A stretch of 64,000 nt of DNA from an uncultured Clostridia bacterium (GCA_944392105.1 CALXVM010000008.1:2148-66147), one strand, 5' to 3'; positions 8,737 to 19,052 are shown, counted from the stretch's first letter. Made by a program: numbers and translations. The notes: generated by a model from the letters alone, not told the origin.

Positions 8737-11505
8737 TTAAGCATTGTTAACAACTGTATTTGTATTTTCTCCTCCAGATGGAGTTTCTGTATTACCTCCA
8801 GTTGAAGGCTCAGACGGAGTAGTTGTATTTGTGTTTCCTCCTCCTGATGGTTTTTCTGTATTCGTATCTTCTCCTCCTGTTGAAGGTGTTTCTGGTGTTG
8901 TCGTCTTTTTATTTACAGTTATAGTGATTGTAGAATTTTTAGCTACAACTTCGTTTGCCTTTACACTTTGTGCTAAAACTATTCCTTCTTGTTTTGTACT
9001 ATCTGATTTATATGTTACTTTAATTGTTAGTCCTGCTAAAGAAGTTCTAGCTGCTGCCTCTGTTTTTCCTACTACATTTGGCACTTTTACCATATTTGAA
9101 GCTGTATGCTCATCGCATTTTTCTGTTGGTCTTGTATATGTTTTGCCATTAATTGGTTTCCAAGCTGGATTTACTTCTTTTTCTGGTGTTACAGCAAATG
9201 CTTTTTCTTCTACTTCTGGACAATACTCTGTAGCAAGTTTTCCTGAAGCTTTACATACTTTTACTTTATCATGTCCATCACAGTATCCTGGAACAGTTCC
9301 TGCTTTAAATATTTCTGTATATGTTTGTGTACAGCTCTTTGTAGCAAGTTTTCCTGATTGTAAACAAATTCTTGCACTAGTTATTCCAGATGGTTCTTCA
9401 AATTCAGCATCATCTAAATCTGAATGTATATCTTTCATAATTCTTGCCCAAATTTGTTGTGCTGCATCTGCATTTCCAGATCTAACTTCCTCTGGTGTAT
9501 CATATCCAACCCATGTAGCTGCTGAATAATATGGGGTAAATCCACATAACCATTTATCTTTTTTGCTATCTGTTGTACCAGTTTTTGCTGCTACATCAAT
9601 TCCACTTATTTTACACATATACGCTGTACCACTAGAGCCAGTTACAACATCTTTTAATATATCTGCTGTAATATATGCTGTAGTTTCTTCCATTACTCTT
9701 CTTGTTTCTTGTGTAGATTCTAATACTACATTTCCATCTCTATCTTCTACTTTTGTATAGAATGTTGGCTCAGTATATTCTCCACCATTTGCTATAGTCT
9801 CATATGCAGCTGCCATTTCTAATGGTGTTGCACCTTCACTCATTCCTCCTATTGCTAATGCTAAGTTATTATCTAAATCTGGATTAACATGTTCAAGTCC
9901 CATGTCTTGTAAATACTCTATAGCTGTAGATGGTCCTACATTAGATAAAATTTTCATATTTACAACATTTGAAGATACTTCTATAGCTTTTCTTACTGTT
10001 GTTAATCCTCTATAATTAGCTACATTTTTAGGTGAATATCCTCCACCAAAATCTGACCTAGTATCGTCATAAACGGTTGCAGCTGTTATTACTCCTTCTT
10101 CTAGTCCTGGAATAACATTTGCTAAAGGTTTTATTGCAGAACCAGTTTGTCTTGGAGACTGTGCCCTGTTTAATCCTGTTGCATTAACATCTGTTCCTAA
10201 ACCTCCCATACAGCCTACAACATAACCTGTCTTATTATCTATTATTATCATTCCCGATTGTGTATGTTCTTTATTTTCTTTTGGTCCACCAGTTGTTCTT
10301 GCATAATATATATATTCATCTTTTACATACTCTTCTTCCATTCTATCTTGAATTTCTGTAACTTGAGTTGTATATATTCTATATCCACCTGTTGACAACA
10401 TATTTCTTGCCATTTTATAATCTACATCTTTTGCTTCTGCCAAGTCCTGTGCAACTTCGTCAATTGCTGCAGCTGTGTGGTATGTCATTTGAGTATTATT
10501 GTCAAACTCACCCTCTTTAAATTTTAAACCTGCATCTACTTCTGCTACAGCCTCGTTATATAGTCTTTCTGCCTCTTCTGGGTCATTACTTATTCTATTT
10601 TGATCTTTCATCTCTGCTAAAACAGTTTTTGTTCTAGTTTTAATTGCCTCTGTAACTTCTTCGTCACCTTCATACCAGAAAGGATTGTAACTATTTGGAG
10701 AGTGGTTTATACCTGCCATAAATGCAGCTTCTGCTAAACTTAAATCTTTTGCAGACTTAGAGAAATAGTACTTAGCTCCATTTTCCACCCCACATATTGT
10801 AGTTCCGCCTACATAAATTATATTCAAATATTGTTCTAATATTTGTTGTTTTGAAAGCATTTTTTCAATTTGATATGCTCTAGACATTTCTCTTATTTTT
10901 CTTGTAACACCTGCCAAACCTGTGTCATCTTGATCATTCATTAAGTTCTTAGCAAGCTGTTGAGTTATAGTACTTCCACCATAAGAAGAATGTCCTCCTC
11001 TTAAAACATATTGTATTGTTGCACTTAAAGTTCTTGATATATCTATTCCTGAATGCTCATAAAATCTTTTATCCTCTATTGCAACATATGCATTTGGTAA
11101 ATATGGTCCCATTTCTGAGTATGTAATAATTTTTCTGTTTACATCTCCTGAAGATAAGTCAAATATTTGCTTACCGTCCATATCGTAAACAATTGAATTG
11201 TTATGTCCTATTACTAAGTCTTCTTTAGTTAGTTTTAATTTATCACTAAAGAATACACCCGCAAAAATTCCTACACCAATTAAGCATAGTAAAATAAAGA
11301 TTATAAAAATTATAATCAACGCTTTTTTTAATTTAGGATGCTTACTTTTTTTCTTTCCTTTTTTATCTTTCTTATTTATTTCACTGTCTTTTACATAATC
11401 ATCTTTTGTTTTAGGTTTTGTTTTCTTCTTTTTCTTTGGATTTTCTCTTACGACTTTATACATCTTAGTTTTTCCATCGTCTTTGCTTCTTTTTCCAGTA
11501 CTCAT
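8737..11505 (-). CDS. Class A penicillin-binding protein (glycosyltransferase + transpeptidase) with PASTA-like module and T/P/S/G/N-rich tail
   Basis: GT51 motifs EDKRFYEHSGID and RKIREM. Transpeptidase motifs SAIKP, SSN and KTGT. An N-terminal basic tail plus TM segment. C-terminal VPNVVGKTEAAARTSLAGL... (PASTA-like). Confidence 0.9.
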   Translation of the reverse strand: MSTGKRSKDDGKTKMYKVVRENPKKKKKTKPKTKDDYVKDSEINKKDKKGKKKSKHPKLKKALIIIFIIFILLCLIGVGIFAGVFFSDKLKLTKEDLVIGHNNSIVYDMDGKQIFDLSSGDVNRKIITYSEMGPYLPNAYVAIEDKRFYEHSGIDISRTLSATIQYVLRGGHSSYGGSTITQQLAKNLMNDQDDTGLAGVTRKIREMSRAYQIEKMLSKQQILEQYLNIIYVGGTTICGVENGAKYYFSKSAKDLSLAEAAFMAGINHSPNSYNPFWYEGDEEVTEAIKTRTKTVLAEMKDQNRISNDPEEAERLYNEAVAEVDAGLKFKEGEFDNNTQMTYHTAAAIDEVAQDLAEAKDVDYKMARNMLSTGGYRIYTTQVTEIQDRMEEEYVKDEYIYYARTTGGPKENKEHTQSGMIIIDNKTGYVVGCMGGLGTDVNATGLNRAQSPRQTGSAIKPLANVIPGLEEGVITAATVYDDTRSDFGGGYSPKNVANYRGLTTVRKAIEVSSNVVNMKILSNVGPSTAIEYLQDMGLEHVNPDLDNNLALAIGGMSEGATPLEMAAAYETIANGGEYTEPTFYTKVEDRDGNVVLESTQETRRVMEETTAYITADILKDVVTGSSGTAYMCKISGIDVAAKTGTTDSKKDKWLCGFTPYYSAATWVGYDTPEEVRSGNADAAQQIWARIMKDIHSDLDDAEFEEPSGITSARICLQSGKLATKSCTQTYTEIFKAGTVPGYCDGHDKVKVCKASGKLATEYCPEVEEKAFAVTPEKEVNPAWKPINGKTYTRPTEKCDEHTASNMVKVPNVVGKTEAAARTSLAGLTIKVTYKSDSTKQEGIVLAQSVKANEVVAKNSTITITVNKKTTTPETPSTGGEDTNTEKPSGGGNTNTTTPSEPSTGGNTETPSGGENTNTVVNNA

Positions 11506-11642
11506 TTTAAAATTTTCCTCCTTAGGGTATTTTAAACAAACTTATTATATAATATATTGCATAAAATTAAAAGTATTTTAAGAAATTTTTCAGAAATGGG
11601 ACACAAAAAAATAGTAGAATGATGGTAGAACCTGAAAGAGAC

Positions 11643-11695
11643 ATAAGAAAATCTCCTTATGATATTTTTATTTTATCATAAGGAGATTTTCTTAT
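11643..11695 (-). terminator. Perfect 22-bp stem hairpin (bidirectional terminator candidate)
   Basis: ATAAGAAAATCTCCTTATGATA (11643-11664) pairs perfectly with TATCATAAGGAGATTTTCTTAT (11674-11695). The loop is 9 nt and the flanks are T-rich. Confidence 0.7.
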
Positions 11696-11700
11696 ATTTA

Positions 11701-11847
11701 TATTTCACACCGCAAAAATAATCGAGCTTCTATTTTAGATTTTAAGTCATTTTGTCGTGCTTTCGAATGATTTTTTATTATTCTTACTGTTTTAGGCGGT
11801 ATTTATACCTATTCTGTGCGTTTTAAGGCCATATTTTGCGGTCGCAT
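11701..11847 (-). other. Conserved 3' UTR element downstream of variable-protein gene (copy 1 of 3)
   Basis: Alignable by eye with 25581-25721 and 53892-54033. Shared blocks on the coding strand are CAAAATATGNCCTYTAAAACGCACA, AATAGG..AAATACCNCCTAAA, AAATCATTCGAAAG and GACAAAA. It lies between the stop codon and the terminator hairpin. Confidence 0.55.
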
Positions 11848-13185
11848 CTAAAGTGCGACCAAGACCGGACGGAACGAAACATTGCTGCTGCTGCCACCGT
11901 TGTTGTCGAAAGCGAACACGCCAGCACGCGAGCCATCGTAGTAATAGCCTCCGCGGCGGAAGAAAGGACTGCTCGTGAAAGGAAAGTAAGAGCAATCACC
12001 GTACCACGATCCGTTGCTTGTGTTGCCGTTCGCGCTCGTCTCATACACTGCGTCTCCATACTTACTTGCATTTTGATTATAGTTATTTGTGTTATTATCC
12101 GTACTTGCTTTTGTATACACATTCTTCGTCTTTGCGTCTCCATTTACTAAGCTTGAGCCATAGCTTGTTAAATTACCATTTCCGTTATTTACGTATCCTG
12201 CTACATATTCCCAGGCTCCTCCACTCATATCATACACTCCATACACATTTCCTGTTGTACTTTGTGCTCCATTATTTACATATGTGTTTCCACTTCCTCC
12301 TCCTGTGTAATATGAGCTATTACTGTTTATTGTTACTTCTTCTGTTTGTTTTCCATATTTACTTTTACTTAGGTATGCTACTGCTCCCCATTCATCATTT
12401 TTCATCATATGACTATTTAATGTTTTATTATAATTTAAACAATTTGTATATGCCGTTCCTATATAAATATATCTCCAGCTTGCTACTCCTGGTTTTACCT
12501 GTAATGTCTTTGTTGTTACGTTATCTCCGCTACTGCTATTACTATTTCCTTGTACACTACTTGCTTCAAATTTTGCTACCCATAGCCCACTTACTGTTTG
12601 ACCATAATTAAATGCTGGATGGATATTCCAATTTCCTGCTCCACTTGCATTATTAAAGCTTGTTCTTCCTGTACTTGTTTCGTTCGTTAAACCTTTCATG
12701 AACTCTACTTCTATTGTTCCTGTGCTACTACTATGATATCCACTTGTTATACTATATGCATATCTTGGTATCCATACCCACATGCTTCCATCACTTGTTT
12801 TTGCATTTGCCCATTTCTTTGCTGAATAATCATACCAATCTGGGTCGCTTCCTGTTGTCTCTACCCAATCTCCTGCTCCGCCATTTGCTGTTTCGTCCCA
12901 TTTTATAGGTGTCATTCCTTCCCCTAAATCTGGCGTGTTCACTCCTTTTTCTTCATTATAACTTCCATCGCTTGGTAACGTTGGCTCCTCTGGCGTGCTT
13001 CCTCCTATTGTATTATTCATAATACTTGCTAAATCATTATATAATTGGTTTAACTCGTCTTGCTCTTGTTCTACTGCTTCCTTTGTTTTATTTGCTGCCT
13101 CTTGTGCCTTTTTTATTATTCCATTATCACTAAATATTGTACTTATTGTTACACTTGCTAATATTAATAATACTACAATCGTCAC
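11848..13185 (-). CDS. Pilin-like N-terminus / C-type-lectin-fold (FGE-sulfatase-like) surface protein with hypervariable C-terminus, paralog 1; 5' end apparently frameshifted
   Basis: Paralog of 25722-27179 and 54034-55446 (WVWIPRYAYSITSGYHSS, IHPAFNYGQTVSG, HMMKNDEWGAVAYLSKSKYGK, GVYDMSGGAWEYV, SFRPVLV). The GITLIALVVTIVVLLILA segment is in this frame but has no ATG. The expected leader (ATG 13300, RBS GGGAGG, MRVKATKK...) is in another frame, which implies a 1-nt shift near 13210-13225. Confidence 0.7.
   Translation of the reverse strand: MTIVVLLILASVTISTIFSDNGIIKKAQEAANKTKEAVEQEQDELNQLYNDLASIMNNTIGGSTPEEPTLPSDGSYNEEKGVNTPDLGEGMTPIKWDETANGGAGDWVETTGSDPDWYDYSAKKWANAKTSDGSMWVWIPRYAYSITSGYHSSSTGTIEVEFMKGLTNETSTGRTSFNNASGAGNWNIHPAFNYGQTVSGLWVAKFEASSVQGNSNSSSGDNVTTKTLQVKPGVASWRYIYIGTAYTNCLNYNKTLNSHMMKNDEWGAVAYLSKSKYGKQTEEVTINSNSSYYTGGGSGNTYVNNGAQSTTGNVYGVYDMSGGAWEYVAGYVNNGNGNLTSYGSSLVNGDAKTKNVYTKASTDNNTNNYNQNASKYGDAVYETSANGNTSNGSWYGDCSYFPFTSSPFFRRGGYYYDGSRAGVFAFDNNGGSSSNVSFRPVLVAL
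11851..12055 (-). other. G+C-rich hypervariable patch (DGR-type variable region candidate, VR1)
   Basis: Hand count gives 66/120 G+C at 11881-12000, against 17/60 at 12301-12360 in the same gene. Scaffold codons are identical to VR2 and VR4. Variable codons are NNC/NNT. The hairpin GGTCGCA-N7-TGCGACC (11840-11860) encloses the stop codon. Confidence 0.65.
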
Positions 13186-13663
13186 TACTAATGCTATTAG
13201 CGTTATCCCGCTTGTTTTCTCTTTGCTTCTTTACCTTTAGCAAATTTTTTATTTCTAGCTCATCAATCTTGTTTAATTTTTTTGTTGCTTTTACTCTCAT
13301 TTTATTTTCCTCCCATTTACTTCTTTTGTTATTATTGCCAACTTTTCTAGTATTAATCATCTTTATTACATATAATTTAATATCTTTTAATATTGCTGGC
13401 CATCTTTTATTAATGTTCTTAATAAAAAATATGGAATTATTTATTCTTTTTTCTTTTATCGTATAGAATAAATATATCATTTCACTTCTTGATAGTCAAT
13501 ATTAATTATTCCTATTTTTATTACATTTTCTTTACGTTTTTATTACAATTATCTTATGACAAAATCATAGTAAAAACTTTCAATTTACCTTTTAAAGCGT
13601 AAAAATAGGCAGGTTCAAAAGACCCTGCCTATAAATTAAGTTAACACCCCTTTTACGTTTATT

Positions 13664-15055
13664 TTATGATTTGTAAATAAATATTGGCATATCATAAGTG
13701 ATGTTGTCGTATATCGTTTTTGCTGCATTGGTAGGAAGATTTATACAACCGTGCGAGCCGTTGTGTTTGTAAATATCTCCACCAAACTCATCTCTCCAGT
13801 TTGCATCATGAAGACCAAATCCTTTATAGAATGGCATCCAGTATAGTACTGGAGAAGCATAGCTACTACCATCTCGGTTTGAGCCTCTTAGAACTGTGTC
13901 ATAAACCTTGTTGTTTAGATAAAACACTCCTGTAGGAGTATAATATCCAGCTCCGATGTTGCCTGTAACAGTCGGTGTATCTACAATGCATTCTCCGTCA
14001 ACGTACATAAAAACTCGTTGCCTAGTAATATCAATTTCAATGTAACTAGTTAAGTTTTCTGTCACAGGGTCCTCATCGTAGATTGGTTTGCCAGTATAAC
14101 TTTCGCCATTTTTGAGCTTATCCACTATAAAGTCTACCATTTCCTTTTCCAATACCTTTGGAATGCGCTCTTCAAATGCTGGCATTGTTACATGCCCCAC
14201 ATCTGTTCCTTCAATCTGGACTGTTGTTACATCCTCTGCAGACTTGCTAACCTCTCCTACAAATTTTGTAACACCTTCCTCTATTTCAAAGGAAAAGTTT
14301 CTGTCGTCGTAGGTAATCCACTCATTCATAACATCTTTGTCTATAGTATAAGTGCTTCCATCCATAAGCTTGATGGTTACTACTGTAGACAGCATGTTAT
14401 TCAGTTCATTGCATGTATCTATTAGTTCTTTATCTGTGGAAAGTACCTGAGGTAACTGCATTTCAGAAGTTAAATCGATGTTTAGATTTTCATCAACACC
14501 TGTTATAGCTTCTACTACGATGCTACATGCTTTGTCATAGTCCATTTGATTTCCTATAACTTCTTTTTCAATTATAAAGTTATTTCCATCAAACTTGACA
14601 TAAGCATTTTGTGGTTTTACAACATTTTCTTCTTGAAGTTCCGGAATGTTGCTTAAAAAGTCTTTTACTTTTTCTTCGCTAATGCTTATACCATTTTCTA
14701 GCGTAAAGTCATTTTGTCCAAAAAAGTTTTGACTTTCAAGCATCTGCTCTAATTTCTCGCTGCTTACTTCTGCCCCAAAATCTCCATAAGTTGCAGTATA
14801 GCTTTTGCCGTCCAAGGTAAAGCTAATTTGTATTGTTCCTATGCTGTCTTCTAATCTCTCCTTTGCGTCTTTCACAGAAAGCCATGAGCAATCTGTTCCT
14901 TGGATAGTTGTTCTGCCAAAATGGGTCCGTGAAAATTCATAAACTCCTACCAGAACTACTCCAATTACTAGAATTAGAATAAGTCCAATTATAAGAAGTT
15001 TATTGCTCCTCTTCCGCACCTTCTTGTAGGATACATCTTTGCTTGCCATACTCAA
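13664..15055 (-). CDS. L,D-transpeptidase (YkuD domain) with N-terminal membrane anchor
   Basis: C-terminal YkuD catalytic signature GLHDANWR...HNGSHGCINLP and an N-terminal TM segment. The gene is visibly more G+C-rich than its neighbours. Confidence 0.85.
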   Translation of the reverse strand: MSMASKDVSYKKVRKRSNKLLIIGLILILVIGVVLVGVYEFSRTHFGRTTIQGTDCSWLSVKDAKERLEDSIGTIQISFTLDGKSYTATYGDFGAEVSSEKLEQMLESQNFFGQNDFTLENGISISEEKVKDFLSNIPELQEENVVKPQNAYVKFDGNNFIIEKEVIGNQMDYDKACSIVVEAITGVDENLNIDLTSEMQLPQVLSTDKELIDTCNELNNMLSTVVTIKLMDGSTYTIDKDVMNEWITYDDRNFSFEIEEGVTKFVGEVSKSAEDVTTVQIEGTDVGHVTMPAFEERIPKVLEKEMVDFIVDKLKNGESYTGKPIYDEDPVTENLTSYIEIDITRQRVFMYVDGECIVDTPTVTGNIGAGYYTPTGVFYLNNKVYDTVLRGSNRDGSSYASPVLYWMPFYKGFGLHDANWRDEFGGDIYKHNGSHGCINLPTNAAKTIYDNITYDMPIFIYKS

Positions 15056-15306
15056 AACTCCTCTCTATCCATGATGTAATCTGATATACTTTTTCACTTA
15101 ATTTGTATAAAATTTCCACAGCAATATTATAGCACCATTTACATAAAGTGTCAAAAAGTAATTTATATACATATCTTCTATCAATAACTTTTGGCTATTT
15201 TATACATAAAAATAAAGGCTTACTATCCCCTATTTAACAGTTCTATTTCTCACCTTACGTTTGCTTGTTATAGAAAACCTTTTAGAATTATTTGCTGATA
15301 CTACTT

Positions 15307-15945
15307 TTAAAGTATATCCAATATATCTTTTACACAGGTTACAGGTATGGCTCCCTGCTTTATAAGTTCGTTTGTACTATACGAATTATCACTTGTTATA
15401 TTACCTGGTATACAAAATATATCTTTTCCATGTTCTAATCCGAAGTCTACAGTAATTAAAGTTCCACTTTTTCTCCTTGCTTCAACAACTAAAATTCCAT
15501 CGGACAAAGCACTTATTATCCTATTTCGCGCAGGAAAATGCATTTTATCTGGCTTTGATTTTTTTTCATATTCTGTTATTACAGCCCCACCATTTTTTAT
15601 TATTTCTTTATAAAGCCCTATATTTTCTCTTGGATAAATATTATTTAAACCGCTACCTAAAACCGCAATTGCCTTTCCATTTGCTTTTACTACTCCCCAA
15701 TGCGAGTATGCATCTATACCTCTAGCTAGCCCACTAATTACTGTTATACCTTTTTTAGCTAATTCATACCCAAATTTATACGCGACTTCCATTCCATACT
15801 TAGAACAGTTTCTAGAGCCAATTATTGATATGCTTTTACTGTTTAAAATATTTGAATCTCCTTCTACATATAATTTTGCTGGTCTGTCATATATTTGTCT
15901 TAACTTTTCTGGATAAGTTTTGTCCATTTCTTTTATTATTTGCAA
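15307..15945 (-). CDS. dprA: DNA processing protein DprA (short form, Rossmann-like core only)
   Basis: Motifs IIGSRNCSKYG, SGLARGIDAYSH and FPARNRIISALS. It lacks the N-terminal SAM-like and C-terminal winged-helix extensions. Confidence 0.85.
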   Translation of the reverse strand: MQIIKEMDKTYPEKLRQIYDRPAKLYVEGDSNILNSKSISIIGSRNCSKYGMEVAYKFGYELAKKGITVISGLARGIDAYSHWGVVKANGKAIAVLGSGLNNIYPRENIGLYKEIIKNGGAVITEYEKKSKPDKMHFPARNRIISALSDGILVVEARRKSGTLITVDFGLEHGKDIFCIPGNITSDNSYSTNELIKQGAIPVTCVKDILDIL

Positions 15946-16134
15946 TATACTTCCTCCTTATATATTTTTTACCTTGTCCATAACTAGTGCCTTATAAATA
16001 AAAATTTAAAATAAAATATTTTTATATGTTTATCTTTTTATGTGAATAAAAAAGAGCTCACTTAAGTAAGCCCCCTATTTTATTTAATTATAAAATACAT
16101 TTTTTATATAAAATCTTTTATTATAAAATTGCTT

Positions 16135-16995
16135 TCATTCTACTTTAATTCCATTTTGCATTTTTGCAGCTTCCACAACATTGTTCATAAGCATTGCAAT
16201 TGTCATAGGTCCAACTCCGCCTGGAACAGGTGTAATATAAGATGCTTTCTTTTCCACATTTTCAAAGTCAACATCTCCTATTAATTTTCCATCTTCGTTT
16301 CTATTTATTCCAACATCTATAACAACAGCATCATCTTTTACCATGTCTTCTGTAACAAAATGTGGTTTTCCAACTGCAGCAATTAATATGTCTGCATTTT
16401 TAGTAATTTCTTTTATATTTTTTGTTTTAGAATGGCAAATTGTTATTGTAGCATTTTTATTAAGTAAGCATTGCGACAAAGGCTTTCCTACTATGTTGCT
16501 TCTGCCTATTATTACTACATTTTTTCCTTCTGGGTTTATATTATATTCTTCTAGCATCTTTACAACACCGTAAGGAGTACATGATATAAACGCTTTTTCC
16601 CCTATAACAAGTTTTCCAACATTTACTGGATTAAATCCGTCTACATCTTTTCTATAATCTATTTTGTTAAATGCTTCTCTAATATTTAATGGCTTTGGAA
16701 TAGGACTTTGTAGCAATATTCCAGATATATCATCTCTATTATTTAATTCATCTATTAAATTTAAAAGATTTTCCATTGTTGTATTTTCTGGAAGTAAAAA
16801 TTCCTCAAACTCTATTCCTACTTCATTACACGCCTTACTTTTATTCCTTACATATACCTGTGATGCTTTATCTTCTCCTACCATTATTACTGCAAGCTTT
16901 GGATAGATTTTTTTATTATTTAGCTCAGCTACCTCTTCTTTTAAATTTAATCTTATTTTCTTTGCTAATTCTTTTCCATTAATAATTATTGCCAT
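16135..16995 (-). CDS. folD: Bifunctional methylenetetrahydrofolate dehydrogenase/cyclohydrolase
   Basis: Full-length FolD-like sequence (YVRNKSKAC, GRSNIVGKP, TPVPGGVGPMT). Confidence 0.95.
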   Translation of the reverse strand: MAIIINGKELAKKIRLNLKEEVAELNNKKIYPKLAVIMVGEDKASQVYVRNKSKACNEVGIEFEEFLLPENTTMENLLNLIDELNNRDDISGILLQSPIPKPLNIREAFNKIDYRKDVDGFNPVNVGKLVIGEKAFISCTPYGVVKMLEEYNINPEGKNVVIIGRSNIVGKPLSQCLLNKNATITICHSKTKNIKEITKNADILIAAVGKPHFVTEDMVKDDAVVIDVGINRNEDGKLIGDVDFENVEKKASYITPVPGGVGPMTIAMLMNNVVEAAKMQNGIKVE

Positions 16996-17010
16996 ATATT
17001 TCCTACCTTT

Positions 17011-18912
17011 CTATTGTATGACTAGTGTTTCAACTTTGTCAACAATTTCTTCTCTACTTTTTTCGACATATTCTACTATATTTTTTTCTGTTAATCCAAA
17101 TATATCTTCTATTTCTTCTGTCTTTCCATGTTTTATAAATCTATCCGGATATCCAAATTTTCTAAATGCAACATCTGTTAATTTTTCTTCTAATATAAGT
17201 TCTTCTACAATAGTTCCTAAGCCACCTTCTATTGTTCCATCCTCTATTGTAATTACATTTTTAGTTTTCTCTATAGAATTTGCTATCGTTTCTTTATCCA
17301 AAGGCTTTAAAAATCTTGCATTTATTACTTCTGCCTCTATTCCGTTTTTTTCTAAAATTTCTGCAACATTTTGTGCTTTTGCAACCATTTTTCCAATTGC
17401 AATTATAGAAACATCTTCACCTTCTCTTAAAATTTCTGCTTTGCCCTTTTCTATTTTCTCATGAGTTATGAATTTCGTTTTTTCTTCTCCACCTCTTGGA
17501 TAACGTATTGCAATTGGTCCATTGTAATTTACTGCAAACTCTAGCATTTGTCTTAATTCCACGAAGTCTTTTGGAGCCAAAATTGTAATGTTTGGTACAA
17601 TATTTAAAAATGCTAAGTCAAACATACCTTGATGTGTTTCTCCGTCATTTCCAACAATTCCAGCTCTGTCTATGCACATTACTACGTGAAGCTTTTGTGT
17701 ACAAATATCATGGATTATTTGGTCATAAGCCCTTTGGTAAAATGACGAATATATAGAAACCACAGGAACTAACCCTTCTTTTGCCATCCCAGCTGCCATT
17801 GTTAAAGCATGTTGTTCTGCAATGGCTACATCAAAAAATCTATTTGGAAACTCCTTAGCAAAGTTAGTTAATCCTGTTCCGTCTCTCATAGCGGCAGTTA
17901 CAGCAACTATTTTGTCATTTTCTTTTGCTAGTTTTACAAGCTCATCTCCAAAGACTTTAGAATAATCATCTTTCTTTTCTTTTAGGCTTTTCCCTGTCTC
18001 TTTGTCAAAAGCATTTGTTGCATGGAACTTATCTGGATTTTGCTCTGCTGGTTCGTATCCCTTTCCTTTTTTAGTTATAACATGAATTAATATTGGTCCT
18101 GACAAACTTTTAGCTTTCTCTAATATTTGCTCTAGCTTTTCTATATTATGTCCATCAACAGGTCCTAAATATTTAAATCCAATATCTTCGAAAAACATAT
18201 TTGGTAAAAATAACTGCTTTATAGAATATTTTATTCTTCTTACTAATTTTACTATTTTTCTACCTATAACAGGAATTCGCAAAGTAAGTCTTTTTATGTA
18301 ATTGTTAGATTTATTATAAGATTTTCTTGTTCTTATTCTTGTTAAAAATGCAGAAAGTCCACCTACATTTTTAGATATACTCATCTCATTATCATTTAAT
18401 ATAACAATTAAGTTTGTATTACTTGAACCTGCATCATTCAATGCCTCAAAAGCCATTCCTCCTGTTAAAGCACCATCACCAATAACAGCTATAACACTGT
18501 TTTTCTCACCTTTAATATCCCTTGCTCGTGCCATACCAAGTGCTGACGAAATAGAAGTACTGCTATGTCCTGTATCAAAGGCATCATACTCAGATTCAAC
18601 TGCTTTTGGAAAACCTGCTAAACCATTTAAACTCCTTAACGTATTTATTTTGCTTTTTCTTCCTGTTAAAATTTTATGTATATATGTTTGATGACCTACA
18701 TCCCATACTATTTTATCTTTTGGCGTATTAAATACACTATGTAAAGCTATAGTAAGTTCCACAACTCCTAAGTTAGAAGCTAGATGTCCTCCTGTTTTAG
18801 ATACAGTATCTATTACTAATTCTCTTAATTCTTTTGCTAGTTCTTCCTTTTCTGAAATATTTAGTTTTCTTAAATCCTCAGGGTTGTCTACTTGATTTAA
18901 TATATGATACAT
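17011..18912 (-). CDS. dxs: 1-deoxy-D-xylulose-5-phosphate synthase
   Basis: TPP-binding GDGALTGGMAFEALN, WDVGHQTY, and a transketolase-like C-terminal domain. Confidence 0.95.
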   Translation of the reverse strand: MYHILNQVDNPEDLRKLNISEKEELAKELRELVIDTVSKTGGHLASNLGVVELTIALHSVFNTPKDKIVWDVGHQTYIHKILTGRKSKINTLRSLNGLAGFPKAVESEYDAFDTGHSSTSISSALGMARARDIKGEKNSVIAVIGDGALTGGMAFEALNDAGSSNTNLIVILNDNEMSISKNVGGLSAFLTRIRTRKSYNKSNNYIKRLTLRIPVIGRKIVKLVRRIKYSIKQLFLPNMFFEDIGFKYLGPVDGHNIEKLEQILEKAKSLSGPILIHVITKKGKGYEPAEQNPDKFHATNAFDKETGKSLKEKKDDYSKVFGDELVKLAKENDKIVAVTAAMRDGTGLTNFAKEFPNRFFDVAIAEQHALTMAAGMAKEGLVPVVSIYSSFYQRAYDQIIHDICTQKLHVVMCIDRAGIVGNDGETHQGMFDLAFLNIVPNITILAPKDFVELRQMLEFAVNYNGPIAIRYPRGGEEKTKFITHEKIEKGKAEILREGEDVSIIAIGKMVAKAQNVAEILEKNGIEAEVINARFLKPLDKETIANSIEKTKNVITIEDGTIEGGLGTIVEELILEEKLTDVAFRKFGYPDRFIKHGKTEEIEDIFGLTEKNIVEYVEKSREEIVDKVETLVIQ

Positions 18913-19052
18913 GTAATTCCACCTTTTTTGTTTTTTGATAATTATATCACAAATTTGTTACAATTTTGTTAAAATATTGAAAAAATGTTTTTTATATGTT
19001 AGAATTATATAGATTTAAAATGGTTAAACTATTAGAAAAGGAGAGATTTCAA

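Noticed and set aside
8744-9529. Long antisense ORFs opposite real genes. Examples are 261 aa opposite the PBP, 190 aa at 57659-58231 opposite groEL, and 148 aa at 17018-17464 opposite dxs.
   Set aside because: The translations are low-complexity and S/F/L-rich, with no RBS. They are shadow frames of strongly supported genes.
11792-12150. Several overlapping 67-106-aa ORFs on both strands over the 3' ends of the variable genes. This includes 25697-26017, 46850-47041 and 54045-54329.
   Set aside because: They are confined to the G+C-rich patches, where stop codons are rare in every frame. They have no RBS and fully overlap a well-supported gene. They are a composition artefact.
13130-13480. 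A 116-aa ORF upstream of paralog 1.
   Set aside because: Its downstream half is the displaced leader of the variable gene (MRVKATKK..., from ATG 13300) read in the pre-frameshift frame. Its upstream half matches the conserved untranslated leader seen before paralogs 2 and 4. It is not an independent gene.
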